Assembly: GCA_005889405.1 (NCBI GenBank)
Contig: VBFY01000068.1
Location: 440 to 64,439 of the forward strand
DNA length: 64,000 nucleotides
Origin: Chloroflexota bacterium
GTDB taxonomy: Bacteria > Chloroflexota > Limnocylindria > P2-11E
Reading direction: 5' to 3'
Of the stretch, positions 10,603 through 19,432 are shown piece by piece. The notes beneath the pieces are model-generated. The model ran no database searches. It was given only the letters and a program-made list of their open reading frames with translations, and was not told the origin of the DNA. The position numbers and the translations under genes are program-made. Each line of letters starts with the position of its first letter. The stretch's first letter is position 1.

Positions 10603-12738
10603 ATGGGGGCCGCTCTGGACGTACGAGGCACGCGGCCGAGTAGCTCGCTCGAGCTTCCGGTCACGGCCTTGCCGGGGATCGGGGCCGACTCCGCGAAGCT
10701 GCTCGAGCGCATCGAGATCCGCACGATCGGCGATCTCCTCTGGCATCTGCCGCGAACGTACGCGGACTTCTCGAAGTTCACGCCGCTCAGGAGCGTGCGC
10801 GCCGAGCAGGAGCAGACGGTCGAGGCGATCCTCGGCCACATCACGCAGCGACGGACCGCCCGCGGTCAGCTCATGACCGAGGTCGAGCTGCTCGACCCAC
10901 AGGACCGCTCGCCAACGAACGTGCGCGCGACGTGGTTCGGCCGTCAGTTCATCAAGGAACGCTATCCCGAGGGACAGCTCGTGCGGCTCTCCGGCAAGGT
11001 GAGGTTCTTCGGCCGCTCGTTGCAATTCTCGAACCCGAAGATGGAGAACGCGGCGGCCGAGGCCGTGCACACCGGTCGCATCGTGCCGATGTACCGGCTG
11101 ACGGAGGGGCTGAAGGAGGGCCACCTGCGGCGCTGGCTGCACACCGCGGTGATGGGCGGCGCCAAGCGAACACCGGTCGTGCGCGAGGTCGCCGATCCAC
11201 TGCCGGAGGCGGTGCGCGCCCGCCGCTCGCTGGTGCCGATCCAGGACGCGCTGCGCGAGGTCCACTTCCCGTCCGAGTGGAAGGACCTCTTCAGCGCGCG
11301 GCGGCGCCTCGCGTTCGACGAGCTTCTGGTGCTGCAGCTGGCGCTCGGCCAACGCCGCGCTCGCTGGACGAAGGACGCGAAGGCGCTACCGCTGCGCGCC
11401 GACGACGAGGAGGTCGCGCGCTGGATCGCATCGCTCCCGTTCGCGCTGACCGCGGGCCAGCGCCGGGCGTTCGACAAGATCCGCGAGGACCTGGGCAAGC
11501 GCGTGCCGATGTCGCGTCTGCTCGAAGGCGACGTGGGATCGGGGAAGACCGTCGTCGCAGCGCTGGCGGCGCGCGTCGCGGTGGCGTCCGGCTCGCAGGC
11601 GGCGCTCATGGCGCCGACCGAGCTGCTGGCCGAGCAGCATCATCGTTCGCTCACGACTCTTTTCGCGGACGGGCCACGTCACGCGCTGCTGACCTCGAGC
11701 GTCATCGGCGCGACCCGTCAAGAGATCCTCGCCGGCCTCGCGTCGGGCGAGCTCGAGGTCGTCGTCGGCACGCACGCGCTCGTCGAGGAGGGCGTCTCGT
11801 TCAAGCGGCTCGGTCTTGCGATCGTTGATGAGCAGCACCGCTTCGGCGTGCGACAGCGCGCGACGTTCCGCGAGAAGGGCATCGACCCTCACCTGCTGCT
11901 GACGACGGCCACACCGATCCCGCAGACCCTGTCGCAGACGGTCTACCGCGATCTCGACATCTCGATCCTCGACGAGATGCCGTCGGGCCGACAGCTGATC
12001 CGCACGGAGGTACGGCCCCACGGGACGCTCCCGAGGGTCTGGCCGTGGCTGAAGGAGCGTGTCGCTGCCGGCGAGCAGGCGTTCGTTGTCACGCCGCGGA
12101 TCGAGGAGGATCCGGAGGAGGACATCCCGAGCGCCGAAGCAACGTTCCGTGACCTCATCGCGAAAGATCTGGCAGGCGTGCGCGTCGGTCTGCTGCATGG
12201 ACGCATGCCAGCGCGCGAGCGTGACGACGTGATGCGTCGCTTTGCGGCGCGCGAGCTCGACGTGATGGTCGCCACGACGGTCGTCGAGGTCGGCATCGAC
12301 ATCCCTGACGCCACGGTGATGATCATCCTCGGGGCCGAGCGCTTCGGGCTCGCGCAGCTGCACCAGCTGCGCGGCCGCGTGGGTCGGCGCGGGCAGCGCG
12401 CGTTCTGCATCCTGATCAGCGAGGCAGCCGGCGAATCCGAGCGGCTCGCCGCGATGACCGAGATGAAGCCCGGCACCGATATCCCGCTCGACGGCTTCGA
12501 CCTCGCGAAACGCGACCTGCAGATCCGCGGCGCGGGCGAGTTCCTCGGCAAACGACAGAGCGGCGAGGAGAACGAGCTGCGCATCGTCGACCTCGCCGAC
12601 GTCGATCCTGCGCTCATCGATGAGACGGCCGTCGAGGCGGACCGTATCCTCGCCGCCGATCCCCGGCTCGAGCGGCCCGAGCATGCGTCGCTCGAACAGG
12701 CCGTCGCCGATCTCTGGCGCCGCTACGCGCTTGCGTGA
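10603..12738 (+). CDS. recG: ATP-dependent DNA helicase RecG
   Basis: EGDVGSGKT, MAPTELLAEQH, DEQHRFG, TATPIP, HQLRGRVGR, DLQIRGAGE. Confidence 0.96.
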   Translation: MGAALDVRGTRPSSSLELPVTALPGIGADSAKLLERIEIRTIGDLLWHLPRTYADFSKFTPLRSVRAEQEQTVEAILGHITQRRTARGQLMTEVELLDPQDRSPTNVRATWFGRQFIKERYPEGQLVRLSGKVRFFGRSLQFSNPKMENAAAEAVHTGRIVPMYRLTEGLKEGHLRRWLHTAVMGGAKRTPVVREVADPLPEAVRARRSLVPIQDALREVHFPSEWKDLFSARRRLAFDELLVLQLALGQRRARWTKDAKALPLRADDEEVARWIASLPFALTAGQRRAFDKIREDLGKRVPMSRLLEGDVGSGKTVVAALAARVAVASGSQAALMAPTELLAEQHHRSLTTLFADGPRHALLTSSVIGATRQEILAGLASGELEVVVGTHALVEEGVSFKRLGLAIVDEQHRFGVRQRATFREKGIDPHLLLTTATPIPQTLSQTVYRDLDISILDEMPSGRQLIRTEVRPHGTLPRVWPWLKERVAAGEQAFVVTPRIEEDPEEDIPSAEATFRDLIAKDLAGVRVGLLHGRMPARERDDVMRRFAARELDVMVATTVVEVGIDIPDATVMIILGAERFGLAQLHQLRGRVGRRGQRAFCILISEAAGESERLAAMTEMKPGTDIPLDGFDLAKRDLQIRGAGEFLGKRQSGEENELRIVDLADVDPALIDETAVEADRILAADPRLERPEHASLEQAVADLWRRYALA

Positions 12739-13579
12739 CGTCGAGGCCTTCATCGATGTCGGCGCGGGCGCCGCGCTCTGGACCGCAACGCGCGGCGCCG
12801 GAGCTCCGGTGCTCCTGCTACACGGCGGACCGGGGATCTGCGACTACCTCGCACCGGTCGCCGACATGCTCGATGACGTCGCGACGGTCCACCGGTACGA
12901 ACAGCGTGGCTGCGGCCGCAGCCCCGAGGTCGAGCCCATCGACATCGAGACGCTCGTCGCGGACATCGAGTCGCTCCGCGTCGCCTTGGGCCACGAACGT
13001 TGGGCGGTCGTGGGCCACTCGTGGGGAGCGACCCTCGGGCTGCTCTACGCGCTCGCGCACCCTCAACGCGCGACCAGGCTCGCTTACGTTTCCGGCGTGG
13101 GGATCACCGAGGAGTGGAAGCCGGAGTTCCGTCGCAATCGCAATGAACGGCTGACCGAACGCGAGCGCGTGCGATGGGACGAAGTCGCACGGCGCATCGA
13201 CGACGGCGCGTCGGATCCGGCGCTCGAGACCGAAGCCGCGGAGTTCCTGGTGAGGACCGACTTCGCCGACGTGTCGCGATTGGCGCTGGCCCCGCGTCCG
13301 TTCTTCGCCTATCCGCCGAATCGACGCGTGAACGCGCGACTCAACGCGGATTGGACCCGGCTCGTCGATTCCGGGCTGCTGCCAGAGCGAGCCCGCGCCC
13401 TTCGGGTGCCGACGCTGGTCCTGCACGGCGACGCCGATCCGCGGCCGGCGTGGCCCGCCCGCGCGCTCGCCGAGCTGATCCCCGATGCTCGGTTCGTCCT
13501 TCTTGACGACGTCGGGCATGAGCCGTTCTGGGAACGCCCCGAGCCAATGCGCGAACACCTGCGCGGATTCCTCGCGTGA
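12731..13579 (+). CDS. Alpha/beta hydrolase (proline iminopeptidase-like)
   Basis: LHGGPG, EQRGCGRS, GHSWG nucleophile elbow, VLHGDAD, GHEPFWE; TTG start overlaps the recG end. Confidence 0.85.
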   Translation: MRDVEAFIDVGAGAALWTATRGAGAPVLLLHGGPGICDYLAPVADMLDDVATVHRYEQRGCGRSPEVEPIDIETLVADIESLRVALGHERWAVVGHSWGATLGLLYALAHPQRATRLAYVSGVGITEEWKPEFRRNRNERLTERERVRWDEVARRIDDGASDPALETEAAEFLVRTDFADVSRLALAPRPFFAYPPNRRVNARLNADWTRLVDSGLLPERARALRVPTLVLHGDADPRPAWPARALAELIPDARFVLLDDVGHEPFWERPEPMREHLRGFLA

Positions 13580-14136
13580 GGGTCATCGCCGGGAGCGCCA
13601 AGGGCCGGACGCTCGACGCGCCGCGCGATGGCGCGACCCGCCCGGCGACGGATCGCATCCGCGAATCGCTCTTCGCGATCCTGGAGCCCGTACTCGGCGA
13701 CGCTCGTGTGCTCGACCTCTTCGCGGGTGCGGGCACGCTCGGCATCGAGGCGCTCTCGCGCGGCGCGGCGAGCGTCACCTTCGTCGAGCGCTCGGCCGAG
13801 GCGCTGAAAGCACTCCGGAAGAACATCGCGACGACGCACTTCGATGACCGCGCCGAGGTCGTCTCTGCGAACGTGCTCGGATTCCTCGAGCAGATCGCCG
13901 GCTCGTACGACGTCGTCTTTTGTGACCCGCCGTTCGCGGACACTGCGATGCTCGAGGCCACGCTCGCTCATCCGCGGCTCGCTGCCGCGCTCGCGCCCGA
14001 GGCCTACGTGGTCGCGCGGGTCCTGAGGAAGCACCAGCCACGGGTGCCGGCCGGGGCCCGCGTCTTGCGGGTGAAGCAGATCGGCGAGGAGAGTCTGCTG
14101 TTCCTGAGGTACGATGCCGACGGCGGAGGAGGGTGA
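13576..14136 (+). CDS. rsmD: 16S rRNA m2G966 methyltransferase
   Basis: MRVIAGSAKGRTL, RPATDRIRESLF, DLFAGAG, EALSRGA, DPPF. Confidence 0.93.
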   Translation: MRVIAGSAKGRTLDAPRDGATRPATDRIRESLFAILEPVLGDARVLDLFAGAGTLGIEALSRGAASVTFVERSAEALKALRKNIATTHFDDRAEVVSANVLGFLEQIAGSYDVVFCDPPFADTAMLEATLAHPRLAAALAPEAYVVARVLRKHQPRVPAGARVLRVKQIGEESLLFLRYDADGGGG

Positions 14137-14603
14137 CCTTGGACATTCAGTTCCTCGTGGAACGCCTCGAATCGCTCGTCGTGAACGCGCGCAAAGTCCC
14201 GATGACGAGCCAGGTCATCCTCGAGCAGGCGGCGATCCTCGATGTCATCGATCAGCTGCGCGTTGCCATCCCCGAAGAGGTGCGTCAGGCCCGACGCATC
14301 AACCAGGAGAGCGACCGCGTGCTGTCCAAGGCGCGTGAGGAGGCCGAGCAGATCATCGGCGCGGCGCAGGAGCAGGCGGCGCTGCTCTTGCAGGATCAGT
14401 CGATCCTGCGGGAGGCCGAGATGAAGGCACAGGATCTCCTCGACAAGGCGCAGGCCAAGTCCGACGAAACGATGCGCGGCGCCGATCAGTACGCCGCCGA
14501 CGTCCTGGTGCGCCTCGAGAGCGATCTCGTGAAGTCGTTGTCGATCATCAAGAGGAGCCTCGAGGTCATCGAGGAGCGCAAACCGCAACCGACCGAGGGG
14601 TAG
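14133..14603 (+). CDS. DivIVA/ATP-synthase-b-like coiled-coil protein (SepIVA-like)
   Basis: LE.LV..ARKVPM...DQLR.AIPEE and GADQYA pattern; usual position between rsmD and yceD. Confidence 0.7.
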   Translation: MTLDIQFLVERLESLVVNARKVPMTSQVILEQAAILDVIDQLRVAIPEEVRQARRINQESDRVLSKAREEAEQIIGAAQEQAALLLQDQSILREAEMKAQDLLDKAQAKSDETMRGADQYAADVLVRLESDLVKSLSIIKRSLEVIEERKPQPTEG

Positions 14604-14607
14604 TCAC

Positions 14608-15153
14608 ATGATCGTGAGCGTCGCGCCGCTGCTGAAGCAGCCGATCGGCGCGCAGGCCGACTTTCGCGTCGTTGAGTCGCCGATCGATCCACATGGCGAG
14701 AACTCCGGGCTGCTCGAGGCGGGCGCCGTCTCGATCGACGCGGATATCGTCGCGACCCACACGAACCCCGGCGCGTATCTCGAAGGCACGGCCGACGCGA
14801 ACCTCGAGGCGATTTGCAGCCGCTGCCTGGTGCCGATCGAAGCTGCGGTGCACGCGGACTTCGCCGAGCAGTACTACGCGCGGTTCGGTGTCGTCGCGGG
14901 CGAGGCGCTGGGCGAGGCGCCAACGGATTCCAAGACGATCGGCTCGGACTTCAAGATCGATCTGACGCCACTGCTGCGCGAGGAGCTCATCCTCGCGACG
15001 CCGCTCGCGCCCCTCTGCCGACCGGACTGCAAGGGCCTCTGCGACGTATGCGGCGAGGACCTCAATCAACATCCGCATCAGCACGAGGCGGCAGTGGACG
15101 AGCGTTTGGCCAAGCTCGCGCAGCTCCGCGACTTCCACCCGGAGCGCGACTAG
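14608..15153 (+). CDS. yceD: DUF177/YceD family metal-binding protein
   Basis: CSRCL, IDLTPLLREELILA.P, LCRPDCKGLCDVCG; upstream of rpmF. Confidence 0.88.
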   Translation: MIVSVAPLLKQPIGAQADFRVVESPIDPHGENSGLLEAGAVSIDADIVATHTNPGAYLEGTADANLEAICSRCLVPIEAAVHADFAEQYYARFGVVAGEALGEAPTDSKTIGSDFKIDLTPLLREELILATPLAPLCRPDCKGLCDVCGEDLNQHPHQHEAAVDERLAKLAQLRDFHPERD

Positions 15154-15292
15154 CGCCGTCGCCACCGGTACGCGACGAACACCGCGACCTGCTGGGTCAT
15201 CTTGGCTCATACAATCAGGTTCGTACCCAAACGTTCGGAGCGGCCCGGCTTTGCCAGCCCGCTCCATGCCCCATTCAAAGGAGAGCGAACCA

Positions 15293-15490
15293 TTGGCTGG
15301 TCATCCCAAGAAACGGATCCCGCGCGCTGCGCAGGGCGAGCGCCGTAGCCACCTGGCGCTGAAGGCGCAGAATCTCGTGCCTTGTCCGCAGTGCAAGAAC
15401 CCCAAGCCTCCGCACCAGGCGTGCCCGCATTGCGGCACGTTCCGCGGCCGTCAGGTGCTCAAGATCAAGGCGAAGCGCGCCGCGGCGTAG
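15293..15490 (+). CDS. rpmF: 50S ribosomal protein L32
   Basis: HPKKR...RRSH, CPQC...CPHCG; TTG start after AAGGAG; TACAAT -10-like box at 15210-15215. Confidence 0.92.
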   Translation: MAGHPKKRIPRAAQGERRSHLALKAQNLVPCPQCKNPKPPHQACPHCGTFRGRQVLKIKAKRAAA

Positions 15491-15494
15491 TCCC

Positions 15495-16487
15495 GTGCGC
15501 ATAGCCGTCGACGCCATGGGTGGCGACCACGCCCCGGACGAGATCGTCCGGGGCGCGCTGCTGTATCGGGAGAAGGGCGGCCCTGCGGAGGTGCTGCTGG
15601 TCGGGCAACAAGATCGCCTGCGGCCACTCCTCGGTGGCGCTCGCACGGGCGTCGAGGTACATCACGCGGCCGAGGTCATCGCGATGGACGAGCATCCCGC
15701 GAACGCGCTGCGCCGCCGATCCGACAGCTCGATCGGAGTCGCGACCGCCTTGGTGAAGAAGGGCGAAGCCGATGCGGTCGTCTCGGCGGGGAGCACCGGC
15801 GCCACCATGGCCGCGGCGCTCCTCGTCCTCGGACGCGTTCGTGGCATCGATCGTCCCGCGCTATGCGGCATGCTCCCGGTGCTCGGAGATCGGCCGGCCA
15901 CGTGCCTTCTCGACGCGGGCGCGACGATGGATGCGGACGCGAAGAACCTCGTCCAGTACGCGCGCATGGCGACGTGGTTCATGGAGAAGGTGCACGGCAC
16001 GAAGCGTCCGTCGATCGGTCTCATCAACGTCGGCGAGGAGCCTGAAAAGGGCGACAAGATCCGGCTCGAGGCCCACGCGCTGCTCACGGCGAGCGATATG
16101 AACTTCTACGGGAACATCGAAGGGCGCGACGTGCTCCGCGGCCTCACCGACATCGCGCTGTGCGATGGCTTCACCGGCAACGTGCTCGCCAAGGGTCTCG
16201 AGGGCGCGCTCGATGTCGTCCAGGTCGGCATCCGCGGCGACATCTTCGGTGGACCGCTCGGCAAGGTGGCCGCGGCGTTCGCGTACCCCGGCATACAAAA
16301 GTTCCGGCACCGCTTCGACTACGACCAGTACGTGTCCGCCCCGCTTCTGGGCATCGCCGGTGTCTCGGTCGTCACTCACGGTCGCGCGCGGGCGAACATG
16401 GTCCGCTGGGCCATCGCCGTCGCCGAGCGTGCCGTCTCATCACGGCTGGTCGAGGCGATCGGTGCCAGCGCCGCGACCGCCGCATAG
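15495..16487 (+). CDS. plsX: Phosphate acyltransferase
   Basis: MRIAVDAMGGDHAP, SAGSTGA, LDAGA, GNIEGRD, CDGFTGNV, HGR. Confidence 0.94.
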   Translation: MRIAVDAMGGDHAPDEIVRGALLYREKGGPAEVLLVGQQDRLRPLLGGARTGVEVHHAAEVIAMDEHPANALRRRSDSSIGVATALVKKGEADAVVSAGSTGATMAAALLVLGRVRGIDRPALCGMLPVLGDRPATCLLDAGATMDADAKNLVQYARMATWFMEKVHGTKRPSIGLINVGEEPEKGDKIRLEAHALLTASDMNFYGNIEGRDVLRGLTDIALCDGFTGNVLAKGLEGALDVVQVGIRGDIFGGPLGKVAAAFAYPGIQKFRHRFDYDQYVSAPLLGIAGVSVVTHGRARANMVRWAIAVAERAVSSRLVEAIGASAATAA

Positions 16488-16558
16488 ATGCTTCGCATAT
16501 ACAGGCGTCGCTCGTGCGCCGGCGTCAGCCAGCTGCCGCCGTTCGCCCTCGCTAGCCT

Positions 16559-16993
16559 GTGAAGCAGCGAGCGCCGCGCGCCGGCCGCCACCCGGCGCGA
16601 CGCGTCGCCCTGCAGACCTTGTTCGAGATCGACTTCAACCGCGCCGACGCCAAGGAGACCTGGCAGCGCGGCTCGTTCCGGACCGGCCTGACCGACGAGG
16701 CCGCGAGCTTCGCGTGGCAGCTGGTGGAAGGCGTGCTCGAACACCGCAGGGAGCTCGACGAGGAGATCCACCAGCTCGCCCCGGAGTTTCCCATCGAGCA
16801 GATGGCGCGCATCGACCGCAACGTCCTACGGATCGCGCTGTACGAGCTGCGTGTTCTCGGCGATGCGCCCGCGGCCGCGATCATCGATGAGGCCGTCGAG
16901 CTCGCAAAGATGTTCGGCAGCGAGGCCTCGCCGAAGTTCGTCAACGGCGTGCTTGCGACCGCCGTCGGCGGACGGAAGGAGCCCTCCGCCTAG
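16559..16993 (+). CDS. nusB: Transcription antitermination factor
   Basis: AR.VALQTLFE, IDRNVLRIALYEL, IIDEAVELAK.FG, KFVNGVL. Confidence 0.94.
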   Translation: MKQRAPRAGRHPARRVALQTLFEIDFNRADAKETWQRGSFRTGLTDEAASFAWQLVEGVLEHRRELDEEIHQLAPEFPIEQMARIDRNVLRIALYELRVLGDAPAAAIIDEAVELAKMFGSEASPKFVNGVLATAVGGRKEPSA

Positions 16994-18480
16994 CGCACCA
17001 CGAGCGGGACTTGCACCAGGCCGACGTCCGCCCCATCGCGCGGACTCGGCCAGTACACCTCGAGCGTAACGTTGCCGCCCACGTTCGCAGGGAGCTGTAT
17101 CGCTGCCTGGAATGTGCCCCACACGGCGCTCGTGCCCCGGCTCGCGGTGGTGAAGCCGCTGGCGACCACACGATTCGCGGAGTCGCGCACGCGCCACGCC
17201 GTGGTGCCCTCGAAGGTCCGTGACAGGCCGCTCACGATGAACTGGCGCCCGATGCCGGGATCGGTCGCAAGGTGTGCGGAGCCTTGCGGAGCGATCGGCG
17301 CCGGCGCGTAGACCGCGACGGTGTCGCTGATGGAGCGTCCGACGCCGCCGATGTCCACGACGATTCGATCCGGGTTCGGCAACAGCGCCACGCGCCAGGG
17401 CCGCTGGTCGTCGAGCGCGAGCTCGTAGACGGTGCCTCCCGATTTGGTAACGGACCGGATCGACCTGAGGGGCGAGCGATCGACGATCTCGAGGCCCGAT
17501 TTCTTCTCGGTACCCTTCACCTGGATAAGGATCTGGTACTTGCTCTGCGACGGGTCCTTGCTGTCATCGACGCTCCGACCGCTCACGCTGAAGTTCTCCC
17601 AATCGCCCGAGTCGACTTGCACGATGAAGCGCGCGACACCGAGTGCGATCGTGTCCACCGAATAGGTGTTGGTCAGCACTGCGGGACTTGGGCTTGGGCA
17701 GTTCGGCGCGCATGGCCGCGACTGCTCTTCGGCGATCACCTCGTCCTTCGGCGGCCCGTAGCCCGAAACGTCATCGCGGGCGAGCGGCTTGTCCCAGACG
17801 AGCTGATCGAAGGTCGCCGGCTTGCCGTTCGCGGTGACCAGGACGCGCCGGATCCCCGGCTCCTCCGTCGCCGTGTAGACGATCTGCTGTTGGAGCGCCA
17901 GAGTGCCCATCGATCCCGTGATCGGGGCCGTCGTCGAGTAATCGATAGTCGCCGTGTCGCCGTTGACCTTGACCGAGACGACATAGAACTGCTTTGGATC
18001 CGCGAGGAGGATCGTCCCGCTCAGGCCCGAGACAGCATTGTTGAGCGAGTTGACGCGCGACTTGATGCGCTCCTCCGCGTTCGCCTCCTTGCCGACGCTG
18101 TCGAGGTGCTGCGAGGTCGGGGGCTGTCCGTCACGCCAGGTGAAGACACGCTGGTGGTCGATCGCGTTCGGCTGCGCCGCGGGCGTCGCCGCGGGAGTGA
18201 CCGTCGCTGCGGGCGTATTCGACGGCGCGATCGTCGGCGACGGCTGTTGCCCGACCGGCTCGTCGGTCGCGGGGCGTCCGAGGAGCGTCGATCCGAGTGC
18301 ACCCGCGACCACGATGCTCGCGGCAAGCGTGGCCACGCGCCAAAACGAGGTACCACGGCCCGTCGGGCGGATGGCCATGCGCGACTGCTCGTATGGAGTC
18401 TCGTCGACCTCCGCTGTTTCGATCGCACGCGACAGCGCGCGACCGAGGATCTCGTCGTCACGCGGTTCGTTCGTGCTCAT
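16990..18480 (-). CDS. Membrane-anchored GerMN + Gmad2 (Ig-like) domain protein, putative anti-sigma factor
   Basis: Short cytoplasmic N-terminus, one TM helix, Pro/Thr linker, GerMN-like QQIVYTATEEPGIRRVLVTANG, Gmad2-like SGLSRTFEG...LEVYWPSPRDG; ATGA-coupled to the sigma gene. Confidence 0.72.
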   Translation of the reverse strand: MSTNEPRDDEILGRALSRAIETAEVDETPYEQSRMAIRPTGRGTSFWRVATLAASIVVAGALGSTLLGRPATDEPVGQQPSPTIAPSNTPAATVTPAATPAAQPNAIDHQRVFTWRDGQPPTSQHLDSVGKEANAEERIKSRVNSLNNAVSGLSGTILLADPKQFYVVSVKVNGDTATIDYSTTAPITGSMGTLALQQQIVYTATEEPGIRRVLVTANGKPATFDQLVWDKPLARDDVSGYGPPKDEVIAEEQSRPCAPNCPSPSPAVLTNTYSVDTIALGVARFIVQVDSGDWENFSVSGRSVDDSKDPSQSKYQILIQVKGTEKKSGLEIVDRSPLRSIRSVTKSGGTVYELALDDQRPWRVALLPNPDRIVVDIGGVGRSISDTVAVYAPAPIAPQGSAHLATDPGIGRQFIVSGLSRTFEGTTAWRVRDSANRVVASGFTTASRGTSAVWGTFQAAIQLPANVGGNVTLEVYWPSPRDGADVGLVQVPLVVR

Positions 18481-18980
18481 CGCATCGCTCCGCGCGCCAG
18501 GCGTCCGGCGATCTGGATCTGGCGCAGCTTCTCGATCGCCTGGTGGAGTGTTGCGCCCACGGTCCCGCTCTTGATGTCGAAGTGGCTGGCGATGTCGTCG
18601 TAGCTGAGGCCGTAGTAGTAGCGGGCCACAACGATCGCGCGCTGCCGCTCCGGCAACTGACGCAGCGCCGCGAGCAGATCCGCTCGATCGGCGACGGCGT
18701 CGAACGCGGACGCCTCGGAGGTGCGTCGCTCCGCCCAGCGCTGGTGTTCGATGCGTCGCCGGCGACGTTGACGGAGCAGCTCGCGCGTCCCGACGACGAG
18801 AAGCCACGCCCCTGGCCTGTCGAGCGTCGCGAGGCCCTGCTTATGCGCTTTCACGAACGCCTCCTGTGCCGCATCTTCGGCCGCGTCGGGGTCGCCCCCG
18901 ATGGCCAGCAGCGCCCGCAGCAGGCGTGGGTACTCGAGGTCGTAAAGCACGCGCCAACCGTCGGTCATCTGCTTCTTCAA
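18477..18980 (-). CDS. ECF-type sigma-70 factor
   Basis: Region 2 AEDAAQEAF...AWL; region 4 LPERQRAIVVARYYYGLSYDDIA...GTV..TLHQA; alternative start 18968. Confidence 0.9.
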   Translation of the reverse strand: MKKQMTDGWRVLYDLEYPRLLRALLAIGGDPDAAEDAAQEAFVKAHKQGLATLDRPGAWLLVVGTRELLRQRRRRRIEHQRWAERRTSEASAFDAVADRADLLAALRQLPERQRAIVVARYYYGLSYDDIASHFDIKSGTVGATLHQAIEKLRQIQIAGRLARGAMR

Positions 18981-19112
18981 CGAGTCGCGAGAGGGCCCGT
19001 TCCTTTAGTCTGGCCGGAGCCCGATTGACGGCCGCTTTCCGCACACCGACACTTGCGCGGAGCTGCCGAGGGCGGACGGGCGGGCAGCGCACACGCGGAG
19101 GAGGTAGGCGGT

Positions 19113-19355
19113 TTGGCGGAGGGCAAAACCTACGAGCGGCTCAAGAAGATCGTCGTCGAGCAGCTCGGGGTCGACGAGGGCGATGTCAAGCCTGAAGCGT
19201 CCTTCGTGGAGGATCTGAACGCCGACTCTCTCGACCTCGTGGAGCTCATCATGAGCCTCGAGGAAGAGTTCGGGATGGAGATCTCCGACGAGGAAGCCGA
19301 GAAGATCAAGACCGTCGGCGACGCCGCCGAATACATCGAGGAGCACGTCGCGTAG
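19113..19355 (+). CDS. acpP: Acyl carrier protein
   Basis: [29 protein letters not shown]; GGAGGAGG before the TTG. Confidence 0.96.
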   Translation: MAEGKTYERLKKIVVEQLGVDEGDVKPEASFVEDLNADSLDLVELIMSLEEEFGMEISDEEAEKIKTVGDAAEYIEEHVA

Positions 19356-19394
19356 CGAGAGCCAGACAACTACACACCACGCACGAAGGCAATA

Positions 19395-19432
19395 GGGGAG
19401 GCAGGGGCATTTCGGCCCCTGCCTCTTCGTTT
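19395..19432 (+). terminator. Strong hairpin with U-rich tail between acpP and rnc
   Basis: GAGGCAGGGGC(19398-408)-ATTTCG-GCCCCTGCCTC(19415-425), then TTCGTTT, ending at the rnc ATG. Confidence 0.7.

Noticed and set aside
15218-15291. GGTTCG/CGAACC long-range pairing around the rpmF SD
   Set aside because: The 5' arm probably lies at or upstream of the transcription start implied by TACAAT
16990-18480. GerMN/Gmad2 domains as evidence of sporulation
   Set aside because: These domains occur in many non-sporulating bacteria, and no spo genes are in the window
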